Virus record (IMG/VR): IMGVR_UViG_3300048799_000004
DNA length: 64,000 nt
Strand: one strand, 5' to 3'
Source: an uncultured virus (IMG/VR IMGVR_UViG_3300048799_000004)
Lineage: Duplodnaviria > Heunggongvirae > Uroviricota > Caudoviricetes
Shown here: in pieces, positions 29,717-38,360 of the stretch
How the letters are laid out: each line of letters starts with the position of its first letter
Numbering within the stretch: the stretch's first letter is position 1
Notes under the pieces: model-generated
What the model was told of the DNA's origin: nothing
What the model saw: the letters and a program-made list of their open reading frames with translations, nothing else
Databases searched by the model: none
Translations under genes and position numbers: made by a program

Positions 29717-30118
29717 TCAGGATCTTGCTGACCGGCCTCGTCGTTTGTTGCGTGATTCAGGCTTTTCATAACCGATTACTTCCTTCGTCGGGGCCAGAGC
29801 TTCTTGTAGCTCGTGGGGCAGGTTGGGAATACTCGCTTCCATTCTCTCATGAAACTCTGTTGCAGGGAAGAGGCAAACGCGGCGCTTGATAGATGCAGAC
29901 TGGAACGCGGGCGTGCAGTCTGCACAGTAGTTCGGCTCGCGCTGGAAGACTTTGCGGGCTGGGGTCGGCGCTTGCTTGTTGAGGCTAATCCAACGGCGGT
30001 ACGATTCAAAGGATTCGAAGCAGGGCGGAAACTCCCCGAGCCTGTGCCGCGTGATCGGGTCGTGCGTCCGGCGCTCATGAATTAGTAGAACCTTTCTTTT
30101 ATTGGCTTCGGTTGTCAT
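29717..30118 (-). CDS. Hypothetical Cys-containing protein (PPCF...YCADC...C)
   Basis: ORF within the minus-strand operon. Confidence 0.55.
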   Translation of the reverse strand: MTTEANKRKVLLIHERRTHDPITRHRLGEFPPCFESFESYRRWISLNKQAPTPARKVFQREPNYCADCTPAFQSASIKRRVCLFPATEFHERMEASIPNLPHELQEALAPTKEVIGYEKPESRNKRRGRSARS

Positions 30119-30302
30119 GTGGCACTAATCCTTTTGGACCCATGCGCCACGGATTTGAAACCGATGGGATATGATGGTCCTCTTCTTGTTGTCTCTCGAT
30201 CCTATAAATCATCTCTACCAGATGCGTATGAATATCTGGCAACATTGGGCTACACAGTGGCCGTAACCTGATTGCCTCCCGCATGCTTTCTACAACCGTC
30301 AC
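30099..30302 (-). CDS. Small hypothetical protein
   Basis: GTGA coupling with the upstream ORF. Confidence 0.4.
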   Translation of the reverse strand: MTVVESMREAIRLRPLCSPMLPDIHTHLVEMIYRIERQQEEDHHIPSVSNPWRMGPKGLVPHDNRSQ

Positions 30303-30442
30303 GGGAGCTTCTTCCCGTCGTAGAGTTCAAGTCCAATCCGAATCATGCTGTAGAACCAAACGCTCAGCAGAGCAACATACACGCCTAGCAGCAGCCAGTG
30401 GCGCAGTTTTAGTTCAGGTCGATTTTCTGGAACTTGTCGCAT
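30299..30442 (-). CDS. 47-aa single-TM protein (MRQVPENRPELKLRHWLLLGVYVALLSVWFYSM...)
   Basis: Hand translation; fills the gap in the operon. Confidence 0.4.
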   Translation of the reverse strand: MRQVPENRPELKLRHWLLLGVYVALLSVWFYSMIRIGLELYDGKKLP

Positions 30443-30912
30443 GAGATGTCAGCTACGAGCGAGCCCTTCTCAGAACCGTCAAGGGTATCTCCAATGCGCG
30501 AGCCAGCAACCAGTTCCGTGATGTCTCCCATCTTCGAGCTGATGACCGTCGCGGCTACCGAGTCAGCGAAGCGCACGATCAGCCCGACCTTGAATGCAGC
30601 CTGCAGCATCAGGGGGACGCCGATGAATTGCTCGATGGGTATCGGATGAACCTCGTGCTCCAGGAACTTGTACTGCAGTCCCATGACTGCCAGCACAGCG
30701 GTAGGCTTCCAGATCCCGCCGACGTTCTCTGCAGCAACCCATGTTACACCGGACCATGCTGAGTTCAGCCGGTAATACTGTTTTCCGTTAATCTTTCCAA
30801 GACGGCTCAGAAGATCAATGGCGTCAGCAACACTGAAGAGCGACATCGAGGTCTCTGGTCGCACAGTAAGCGGCGCGGCCTTCTGCGGTTCACGTGATGC
30901 GTATCCTCTCAT
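30409..30912 (-). CDS. Hypothetical protein
   Basis: 167-aa ORF with an ATGA overlap. Confidence 0.55.
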   Translation of the reverse strand: MRGYASREPQKAAPLTVRPETSMSLFSVADAIDLLSRLGKINGKQYYRLNSAWSGVTWVAAENVGGIWKPTAVLAVMGLQYKFLEHEVHPIPIEQFIGVPLMLQAAFKVGLIVRFADSVAATVISSKMGDITELVAGSRIGDTLDGSEKGSLVADISCDKFQKIDLN

Positions 30913-31253
30913 GTGCGTGTCCTCAGCGCGAACAGCGCGCCCTTCTTGTTGAAGATTAAGTCTTTTCTAAGAGCACGGACTCTTGAATCGACGGATGAAA
31001 CGTATCCTGGTGCATCGTCATCCAAACCGTCAAACCTCACGATGAAGTCTTGTGCCCAGGTAGGGATCGGGCACCTTACGGTGATGTCTCCATTGCTCGT
31101 TCTGTAGTTCTGGTACTGCTGCCGTGAGTCAACGTATGACCGCGAGAACTTACCGAGCGGGCACCACCCAGAGCAGCATTGCGTGAACGTCAAGCTAAGC
31201 GGCTGGCGTTTCAACCAGCGCTCGAACTGAATCTTCGTCGTGATCTTTTTCAA
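30909..31253 (-). CDS. Hypothetical protein (probable TTG start)
   Basis: TTGA overlap with the exonuclease stop at 31250-31253. Confidence 0.5.
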   Translation of the reverse strand: MKKITTKIQFERWLKRQPLSLTFTQCCSGWCPLGKFSRSYVDSRQQYQNYRTSNGDITVRCPIPTWAQDFIVRFDGLDDDAPGYVSSVDSRVRALRKDLIFNKKGALFALRTRT

Positions 31254-31909
31254 CTGATAAACTCCAAACCCTTCTGGGCTGACTGTTGCGAGAGCTTCCA
31301 CAGCTCGTGTCGATACCATTGGTAGATAGACGCCTGCGCCATTGCATCATCAGCGGCCATGTGCTTCAAGAACTTCTTCTTATCCCCAATGGGATTCGGC
31401 GAGCCGTTCTTGGAAACCCCGGCGTAGTGTGCTGCTTCCTTGAAGGACCGTAGATCCATAGCATTCCAGAACTTCCATGTCTTCAGGTGCTCGATCTCGA
31501 AGTCCTCGAACGCTGAATCAATAATCGCTAGGTCAAAGTCCGTTCCCTGACATATGAGCTTGCCGTCACTTGATAGCTCTTCCTTCAGGAACTGAGCGTA
31601 AGACACCAGTAGTTCCTTCAGCCCAGGATAGACGTACACCGCCTCCTGCGAGTTCGGCGACTGCAGCACCCTGCGCGCCGCGTTCTCACCATCCCACCAC
31701 TGTATGGTTGCTGCGCTCACCACACGGTCTTTTTGAGACCGGTCGTCCCATGAAACCTGTCCGTAGAAAACCTGGACATTTGACTTGTCCAGGTTCTTGT
31801 AGAACCCGTTTTCATCGAACGCGCACACACCAATCGACAGGATGAACGCCCGCTTGGACGTTGCTTTTGTTTCTATGTCGACACTCAAGCTGCGCATACC
31901 GGTGCTCAT
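31250..31909 (-). CDS. DEDDh 3'-5' exonuclease (exonuclease VIII / RNase AS-like)
   Basis: VDIET, ILSIG, TIQWW, GxDFD, DLRS and HxAxDDA motifs. Confidence 0.85.
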   Translation of the reverse strand: MSTGMRSLSVDIETKATSKRAFILSIGVCAFDENGFYKNLDKSNVQVFYGQVSWDDRSQKDRVVSAATIQWWDGENAARRVLQSPNSQEAVYVYPGLKELLVSYAQFLKEELSSDGKLICQGTDFDLAIIDSAFEDFEIEHLKTWKFWNAMDLRSFKEAAHYAGVSKNGSPNPIGDKKKFLKHMAADDAMAQASIYQWYRHELWKLSQQSAQKGLEFIS

Positions 31910-33051
31910 GCCGCCCCCTCAAGCGCACCTATCCCTGCCTCGCATCGACGAGATGTCTGGCTCGGCTGGCGCACTTTCGGCGAAGACTCGTTCCCGCGCA
32001 CGGAGGTCAAGCACCTTGACCCGATCAGGATATTCCGAGCCGCATTCACGTCTCGGTCGTGCGACTCACCACAGTCGCGGCATACCCAGGATCTTACAAT
32101 CAACCCATTGACTCCTCGCGGACCACTGAGAGCTCCGCAAGCAGAACAGGTGACGCTGGTATAACTCTCATTGACGACCGATACGCTTCTGCCCGCCTTC
32201 TGGCCTTTATATTGCAGCTGCGTTTTGAGCATGCCCCAACCGCTATCCAAAACGCTTTTTGCCATTTTGGTTTTTGCCAGCTTAAGACTGCTCACGTCGC
32301 CTATGACTATGTTCTGATAACTATCAACCATTTTTCTTGAAAACTTATGCAACGCATCTTTGCGCTGGTTCGCCACGTGGCGATGAATACGTTTTGCTTG
32401 CTTCTTGTGCGCGCGACGCTGTGCGTTGGCGAGCTTGCCTGCGCTGCCGTGCGTCCACCGCCCTGCTTCGAGTTTGTCGCCGTCGCTAGTCGCCGCGATG
32501 GTCTTGCATCCTAGGTCTATACCTACTGCTTCCTGCGGCGCAACGGTCGGTTCAACAGGCACGTGAGCCGGCACGCACAAATACCAATCACCGACCGCGT
32601 CTTGAGCGAAGCAGCCATCCCGAAACTTGTGCTCGCCCAGGTACTCGCGATTAAATACGCGGAACATCTTGCCTGCAAACCGCAACGAGGAGCCGTTACG
32701 TTTCAGGCTTGCAGCCCTGAACGGTACCCAGCCCAGCGCGCGGCGCGGACCTTTACTAAAGCGCTTGTTTAAGACAATCTTTTTCGCCGCCTTGCGCTTC
32801 AATGCGTATTCCAAACACACCACGTTGATTGTATCCGCCCCAATATTCTCATAGTGATTAGTCCAGCCGCTCGTGCGGTTGCACAAGTCAAACCCCGTCG
32901 CGGGTTTTGATGCTTTGGCGCTGAACATGCGGACGTTGTTCCAAACGTCATGCGTTTCTACAGCGGCTTGGTTCAACCATGGGTACGCGTTCGGCTGCAC
33001 CTTCAGGCGAAGAGTGCGCGTGACCGAAAGCGGCATGAGCGGATCATTCAC
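31906..33051 (-). CDS. tnpB: TnpB-family RNA-guided endonuclease with rearranged RuvC-II; no TnpA in the window
   Basis: GIDLG (RuvC-I); IVIGDV plus VNESYTS; CSACG...CRDCG zinc finger; HDRDVNAARNI (RuvC-III). Confidence 0.92.
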   Translation of the reverse strand: MNDPLMPLSVTRTLRLKVQPNAYPWLNQAAVETHDVWNNVRMFSAKASKPATGFDLCNRTSGWTNHYENIGADTINVVCLEYALKRKAAKKIVLNKRFSKGPRRALGWVPFRAASLKRNGSSLRFAGKMFRVFNREYLGEHKFRDGCFAQDAVGDWYLCVPAHVPVEPTVAPQEAVGIDLGCKTIAATSDGDKLEAGRWTHGSAGKLANAQRRAHKKQAKRIHRHVANQRKDALHKFSRKMVDSYQNIVIGDVSSLKLAKTKMAKSVLDSGWGMLKTQLQYKGQKAGRSVSVVNESYTSVTCSACGALSGPRGVNGLIVRSWVCRDCGESHDRDVNAARNILIGSRCLTSVRGNESSPKVRQPSQTSRRCEAGIGALEGAA

Positions 33052-33172
33052 TTTTCCGTAGCTCCTCTGCTACCGCAACCCGTCGCAACGGGGGCGCAAC
33101 GTCCTTGTTGCTTCGGTGAGCGAGATACCCAAGGGCCATGAACCCTGCACCGTTGGCGCGTTTCTTGGCCAT
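33044..33172 (-). CDS. 42-aa small ORF (MAKKRANGAG...) between ssb and tnpB
   Basis: TAATG overlap with the ssb stop; ends in the tnpB start region. Confidence 0.45.
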   Translation of the reverse strand: MAKKRANGAGFMALGYLAHRSNKDVAPPLRRVAVAEELRKSE

Positions 33173-33639
33173 TAGAAGGGCAAGTCGCCGCCCTTCCCGG
33201 CCTTGTTCACACCTGCCGCTGCCTTTATGGCTGCCACTGGCTGGTGCTGCTGCTGAACCTGATCAGGCTCCTGCTCACCGCTCTCGTCCTCGTCGCTCTT
33301 ACCGCCGTTGCTAGACAGCATCTGCAGCTGGAACACGTTGACCTTCGTGGTGTACTTCGTGATGCCGTCCTGGTCCTCGTACTTCTGTGTTTCGAGCTTG
33401 CCATCGACATACACCAACGAGCCCTTATTCAAGTACTTGGCAGCGATCTCGCCGACGCGGCCCCAACACACGATGTTGTGCCATTCGGTCTTTTCCTTCT
33501 TCTCGCCTGTCTCTTTGTCAGTCCACTTTTCGGACGTGGCAATGGAGAAGTTGGTTACCGTGTTGCCGTTCGGGATCGTCCTGGACTCGGGATCTTTCCC
33601 GAGATGCCCGACCAATATCACTTTGTTTACTGATGCCAT
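33172..33639 (-). CDS. ssb: Single-stranded DNA-binding protein
   Basis: VNKVILVGxLGKDPE, FSIATSExWxDK, TEWHNIV and C-terminal DLPF. Confidence 0.97.
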   Translation of the reverse strand: MASVNKVILVGHLGKDPESRTIPNGNTVTNFSIATSEKWTDKETGEKKEKTEWHNIVCWGRVGEIAAKYLNKGSLVYVDGKLETQKYEDQDGITKYTTKVNVFQLQMLSSNGGKSDEDESGEQEPDQVQQQHQPVAAIKAAAGVNKAGKGGDLPF

Positions 33640-34430
33640 TAGTAGTTCCTCACTGCTTCTGTTTCGATATATTTGACACCCGCGTAGATGTCGTCCTTGT
33701 CAAGGGCGTTGTCGCCCTTTGCCCACTTGACCAGCCGCGTTAGGCCGGATTTTCGGAAGTCGATGATTTCATTCACCAGCTCTGGGGTTGCAGTCGAAAG
33801 CATAATGAACAGCGCGCTCGTGTCAACCACAAGACCGTACACGACTTTCTGTGTGTTGGTCTTCACGCCGTATGCCTCTGCCATCGCAGGGGCCTCTTTG
33901 ACCTGCGCTGCTACCTCGATGCCTGCCTGAAGGATCTCTTCAGCTGCCTTGGGTGCGGCTGCAGCCAAAGCAAGAGCCTCGGTCTCGATACGCTGCCTTT
34001 CTGCCAGCGCGGCTGCTTCAGCTGCAGCCTTTCGAATCTTATTGTAAGCCAGGATCTTGCCATCTAGAGCACCCTTTGCTTCTCCCAATCGGCCGGTGTA
34101 GACCTTCCAGAGGGTGTTCAGCTGGGATGTCAGATCGCGCAGTGGCTTGCCGACACGTAGGCGATTCGCCTCTGCTGTGGTCTCTACGGCGCTGATCTCT
34201 GCCCGTAATGCCCCGGCGATAGAGAACGACTTCTCGTCACTAATGACGACTCGCGACATTTGGTCCTCGATCTCGATGGTGTCGATTTCGAGGTTCTTCA
34301 TCAGCTCCCCGAGGGGGCCGATGGTCAGTGTGCGATTTACCTTACCGATCTCCAGCGACACGATTGCTAGCTGGCGGCTCGAAGCGTTCGTGGCGTTCGG
34401 GTCGATGGCTTCGATGATGTTGACGGTCAT
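33639..34430 (-). CDS. Coiled-coil protein of the recombination module
   Basis: R....KPL......N motif and an Ala/Glu-rich helix; GGAG RBS. Confidence 0.6.
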   Translation of the reverse strand: MTVNIIEAIDPNATNASSRQLAIVSLEIGKVNRTLTIGPLGELMKNLEIDTIEIEDQMSRVVISDEKSFSIAGALRAEISAVETTAEANRLRVGKPLRDLTSQLNTLWKVYTGRLGEAKGALDGKILAYNKIRKAAAEAAALAERQRIETEALALAAAAPKAAEEILQAGIEVAAQVKEAPAMAEAYGVKTNTQKVVYGLVVDTSALFIMLSTATPELVNEIIDFRKSGLTRLVKWAKGDNALDKDDIYAGVKYIETEAVRNY

Positions 34431-34439
34431 ACGATACTC

Positions 34440-34535
34440 CTAGTGAAACAATTGAGCGTGGCACGATTCAACTTGCCTCTGATGATCTCCGCACCCGCTC
34501 AGCAGTAGGACAGCGAGAATAAAGAGGTACTTCAT
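34440..34535 (-). CDS. 31-aa lipoprotein (MKYLFILAVLLLSGC...)
   Basis: Hand translation; lipobox LSGC; ATGA coupling. Confidence 0.55.
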   Translation of the reverse strand: MKYLFILAVLLLSGCGDHQRQVESCHAQLFH

Positions 34536-34665
34536 GACTTCACCTTCGAGACTAGTTTGAGACGGACGTCCTTCTGGCCAATGGCGCACCAGCTCGGGAA
34601 GGACTTGAATTTGGACTTGCGCTTCATCTTGCTCTTACAAGCCGGGCACTGATAGATACGGGTTC

Positions 34666-35451
34666 TTAAAAGCATCTTCGCACTCCGCTAGGGGTTGTGA
34701 CTTTTCCGCGCCCGAACCTTGAGTCGGACTTCAGCATGGAGGCTATCTTAACACAACCTTCAAGCATCTGTGTGTGTAGTTTTTCATCGGGCTGAATGAT
34801 CTCGCGCGACAATCTTAAGGGGTGCGGTGCCCGAGGATCGAACGACGAGAACCATCCCTCGTGCGCGCCGGTCACCAGGATCTGGCCCTGCACCTGGGTC
34901 TCATACTTGCGGTTGCTCTTCAGCCCCTGCAGGTACAGCACCGTGTGGTTCTTCTGAAGGTAGGGTGCCTTGATCTCTCCAGTTATCTCGGTAGTCTTTC
35001 CTCCGTCAGTAGAGATACCGTAGTCCGGCGTCGCCGCGAGAATCGGAACCTCCGGGTGACACAGGAATCCAGGCTCGTAAGTCTTGACGTCGTACATCAT
35101 CTCGATAAGGTTGCGCGCCTGCGTCTCGTGATCCTTGCCCCAGGAGAGCGCCGCGCCTTGAGCCTCTGCTGGCCATGTGAAGCCATCGGCCAGTTCAGCA
35201 TCCAGCTCATCAAGCATCTTGTTCTTGGCGGCTAACGTGCCGTACAGGACGGTGTGCAGTCGCTTCGAGGCAGTGATCTTGCCGCGCCGGGCGGACCACC
35301 ACTCAGGGGAGTAGGGTTTGATGTAGGGCGGTCCGTCGTCGGCTGCGAACTTCTCTACGTCAGCGAACGCTGCTTCGTAGGCAGCTGCACCGGCCTTCTC
35401 TTGCACAGAACCCCCTTCCTCGGGATTTGTGGATGGAAATGGAACTCTCAT
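34666..35451 (-). CDS. YqaJ / lambda-exonuclease family 5'-3' exonuclease
   Basis: SPEW...RRGKITAS, WGxxHExxAR, ATPD, EIKAP, YxxQVQGQ and SFDPR motifs. Confidence 0.9.
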   Translation of the reverse strand: MRVPFPSTNPEEGGSVQEKAGAAAYEAAFADVEKFAADDGPPYIKPYSPEWWSARRGKITASKRLHTVLYGTLAAKNKMLDELDAELADGFTWPAEAQGAALSWGKDHETQARNLIEMMYDVKTYEPGFLCHPEVPILAATPDYGISTDGGKTTEITGEIKAPYLQKNHTVLYLQGLKSNRKYETQVQGQILVTGAHEGWFSSFDPRAPHPLRLSREIIQPDEKLHTQMLEGCVKIASMLKSDSRFGRGKVTTPSGVRRCF

Positions 35452-35645
35452 AAATGACAGGGAAAACTTGCGCGATTCAGGCTGTCATCGTTAAGGTTGG
35501 TCGATCCGTCCTCGAACCCTGCGATGTAACCACTCTCCCAGCCAGTCATGCGGCCGAAGTCGGTTCCTTTCTCGTAGCCGCGCCCATACCCGTCCTGGGC
35601 ACACAGGAAGCCTACAGCGAACAGGACGATGATATACCAGATCAC
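35448..35645 (-). CDS. Small membrane protein with GYxxG repeats
   Basis: Hydrophobic N-terminus; coupled overlaps. Confidence 0.5.
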   Translation of the reverse strand: MIWYIIVLFAVGFLCAQDGYGRGYEKGTDFGRMTGWESGYIAGFEDGSTNLNDDSLNRASFPCHL

Positions 35646-36082
35646 GCAGAGACCAAAGCCAGTGACTTGATCGCTACAGCGTAGAGATCCTTCACGCGCG
35701 CGTACACTGCGTCAGCTGGCTCTTTGCCGCTGTCCTTCTCGTCAACCTTCGTCACCGGGCGCGAGTCATTGAACGACGACAGCTCAGCAGGACTGATGTC
35801 ACCGGCAGCCGCTAGCAAAAGTTTCAACAGAAAATACTGCTGGTAGTCGTGACTGACGTTCTCTGCCGCTCCCAGCATGCAGAACTTTACAGCCTGACGG
35901 GTCCGCGCGGTTTTCAATTCGCGGCCCTGGGAGTCCAGCGCGTATGCTCCCTGAATCCAGGCATCGCGCGTGAGCAGGCTATCGGCCTGACGCAACATTG
36001 TCAGGTACACGAATGGGTTTTTCACCCACTTTCCACCCTTCTTCTTGCCAAGGATGGCCTCAATTTCGCTTGTACTAATCAC
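35642..36082 (-). CDS. Hypothetical protein (WxQG...CxxGA...FND family)
   Basis: Motif common in phage early genes. Confidence 0.55.
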   Translation of the reverse strand: MISTSEIEAILGKKKGGKWVKNPFVYLTMLRQADSLLTRDAWIQGAYALDSQGRELKTARTRQAVKFCMLGAAENVSHDYQQYFLLKLLLAAAGDISPAELSSFNDSRPVTKVDEKDSGKEPADAVYARVKDLYAVAIKSLALVSA

Positions 36083-36684
36083 GACGTCGCCTTATGGTTC
36101 AGTGTGTCTATGCAGTCGTCCTGCTGCTCGGCTGTCAACTCGTCGAAAAACTTCACACCGTAATACTTCTTCACGGCTTCCGGGTCTGTGCCTGTGCGCT
36201 CGATCTGATCCTTGATCTGCTTTAGCTTGCCTGTAACTACCACAGCGCTTTCGACAACACCCTTGCCGTCGTCGTCCTCATCGGCAGGCGAGACAGTCAT
36301 CATCGTGTTTGCCTGATAGCGCTTCATGTAGGTGAACGCGCCGCCCATATCATGGATGTCCGTGATGGGGCCGAAGAGCATGACCGGACTTGAGCGCACG
36401 ATCTCATCGTCAGCAGACTTGCGGATGAAAGTCTGTACGCTTGCGTACAGTTTGCCGTCATGGATCTCGCTCCCGGCGTTCTGGTCGAGGTACAGTTCCT
36501 GCGCCTGAAGCACAGGTTTGTAGGTGGCGAAGATCTTATCAAGCGGGGTGTACGAATATTTGTACGTTCCCTTCTTGCCGCTGACAGTTACTTCATCGGT
36601 CTTGCCGATTACCGGCGCAGCGTAGTGGAAGCTCGCGAGCGCGCTGCGTCCCGGCGTGATCTTCGTTTCTGTTGGTTTAGCCAT
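36079..36684 (-). CDS. erf: ERF-family single-strand annealing protein
   Basis: YxYxxLxxI, GGAxTYxKRY and DDDG motifs. Confidence 0.88.
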   Translation of the reverse strand: MAKPTETKITPGRSALASFHYAAPVIGKTDEVTVSGKKGTYKYSYTPLDKIFATYKPVLQAQELYLDQNAGSEIHDGKLYASVQTFIRKSADDEIVRSSPVMLFGPITDIHDMGGAFTYMKRYQANTMMTVSPADEDDDGKGVVESAVVVTGKLKQIKDQIERTGTDPEAVKKYYGVKFFDELTAEQQDDCIDTLNHKATS

Positions 36685-36685
36685 T

Positions 36686-36990
36686 TCAGTTTACCTTGCT
36701 TCGTGGAGGAATGGGTGTGTCTTGGGCCGACGTGCCGATCTCGTTGCCGACCATCTGCGTGTGCCAGCGGTGATAGTCTCGCTGCACCATAGCCTCGAAT
36801 GCCTCCATCGCAAGATCGTTGCGGCGCATGAAGGCGTAGAAGAACTGCCAAGGTGAGAGGAAGAGGCGAGCCTCGGTGTATTCCTCAAGCGACATGGAGA
36901 ACAATATCGTAAGTATCTCCATCACCTTCGGGGTGATTCGATACGACGTGCCATCAGTCTTTATCTGCACTGGAATCGAAACTGCCATAT
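36686..36990 (-). CDS. Hypothetical protein (probable start MAVSIP)
   Basis: GGTGAG upstream of the ATG; 3' part of ORF 36686..37177. Confidence 0.45.
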
Positions 36991-37173
36991 GCTCACCAGA
37001 TCTCGTTGGTGGAAGTTGGGCGTCTAGAATAGCACACTTCCCATGAGTCGATGAGAGCGCATTCGGACGGTGTGAGTTGGGGTGGATGTCCGTGTTTACG
37101 CCATGCCGCTTGTAGAGCAGCCTCCACATGGCGAAAGCGATGTTCATCACGACGCTCGACTTCAGGTAGCGCA

Positions 37174-37512
37174 TCAAGCTGCTCTGATGTCAGGCGTATC
37201 ATTCTGGCGGAACTCACCAAGCGATTCATCCCAGGGCGCGATGTCGGTCCTGGTCCACAACCTGTCGAATCTGGACTCAGTCCAGACAGGCTTGTAGATG
37301 TCGTAGGGTTCCGTGCTTGGCTTGCGGAACCTGGGTAGAGGAACTGGCATCTGTTCGCCAGCAAGGAACCTGTGTCTGGCCTCTTTAAGCGCCGGTAACT
37401 TGTAGGTCATTCCAGCGTGCATGAGGGCAACAGCCAGTGACTGACAGTCGTCGCAGTATGGACGACCAGGGTGATTGGCTGGTGACTTACAGACGATGCA
37501 TTGCTTAGCCAT
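37174..37512 (-). CDS. First gene of the left arm; CxxC...CxxC zinc-finger protein
   Basis: CIVC...YCDDC; ATG 6 nt after the -10 element. Confidence 0.55.
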   Translation of the reverse strand: MAKQCIVCKSPANHPGRPYCDDCQSLAVALMHAGMTYKLPALKEARHRFLAGEQMPVPLPRFRKPSTEPYDIYKPVWTESRFDRLWTRTDIAPWDESLGEFRQNDTPDIRAA

Positions 37513-37518
37513 CCTCTG

Positions 37519-37548
37519 ATGCTACCACAACCGAGGAGGAGATGTCAA
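37519..37548 (-). promoter_or_regulatory. Sigma70-type promoter for the left arm (TTGACA-18 nt-TAGCAT, extended TG)
   Basis: Perfect -35 at 37548-37543; -10 at 37524-37519. Confidence 0.7.
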
Positions 37549-37593
37549 TCAGTTTGGTACAGGTACCATGAAGGCTTCAGGCTCGCCAATAGA

Positions 37594-37800
37594 CCCCCCA
37601 ACCCCCCAAGCTCTTAGCTTGACAGGGCTGCTGTACTCGGCAGCAGCACCAAATCTGAGAACCCTTTCGAGTGGCGAGGCTCAGCTCCTCATTGCCGGTT
37701 TTAATCTTTGGCCCCACGTTAGGAACGAGTTTCGCAAAGATCCCAACTGCAGCGATCATTTATTCGTCGCCCTGCAGGATTGGGTTGGCCCCGCGACGTA
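37594..37800 (-). ncRNA. Candidate structured non-coding RNA (about 207 nt)
   Basis: TGcTATAGT at 37814-37806; five consecutive stems; ends in G6-TT-G6. Confidence 0.45.
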
Positions 37801-37859
37801 GATAGACTATAGCACATCCACTGAAGAGCCTCCCTGCTCGCGTTATGGTATGATGGATC

Positions 37860-38129
37860 ATGTTGGAAACGCGCAAGGGTCTGACGCTCACTCACTGCGG
37901 GGCGATGATGTCGCGCCGGGTTGTCGAGCTTGGCAGGCTGGCGTTCCTGACAGAACGATGTGCTGTGTGCGGCCAGGAAGAGGAATCGGTTTATGTCAAG
38001 TCAGCTGGCAAGATGTCGAAGCTGCTGAGATGGAGGAACCTTGGACAGAACAGAAGCAGAGATCAAGTTGCACAAAGCTCGCAACGCCCTGATGGACCAG
38101 TGGCACCCGCAGTCCCAGCGGGTAGCTGA
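37860..38129 (+). CDS. First gene of the right arm; hypothetical protein with HCG...CAVC
   Basis: ATG 5 nt after TGgTATGAT. Confidence 0.45.
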   Translation: MLETRKGLTLTHCGAMMSRRVVELGRLAFLTERCAVCGQEEESVYVKSAGKMSKLLRWRNLGQNRSRDQVAQSSQRPDGPVAPAVPAGS

Positions 38130-38244
38130 GTTCGAGCGAACTGTAGAGGTCTTCACGCGCATGACGTTCATGGTAGAGCCATCGGCTCATCTGATGGTCC
38201 CGTACCTGAGCGCCCTGGCTGAATGGCAGAGTATACCGAAGTAA
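38041..38244 (+). CDS. Small hypothetical protein
   Basis: GGAGG RBS before TTG. Confidence 0.55.
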   Translation: MDRTEAEIKLHKARNALMDQWHPQSQRVAEFERTVEVFTRMTFMVEPSAHLMVPYLSALAEWQSIPK

Positions 38245-38306
38245 GGCACGGTTCATGGCTTTGGAGCCAGGAGTCGAACTCTAACTATAAAAGCTGCCGG
38301 TCACTA

Positions 38307-38344
38307 GCCCCCCAACCTTCGGGTAATGCGCGGGGCATTTTTTT
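38307..38344 (+). terminator. Possible intrinsic terminator
   Basis: GCCCC...GGGGC stem with a large loop, followed by T7. Confidence 0.4.
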
Positions 38345-38360
38345 ATGGTAGAATCTCGGC

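Noticed and set aside
38256..38279. Minus-strand tRNA 3'-end-like fragment (GTTCGACTCCTGGCTCCAAAGCCA) as a possible attP
   Set aside because: Only 24 nt, the T-stem partner is missing, and no integrase is in the window; it may be part of a local hairpin.
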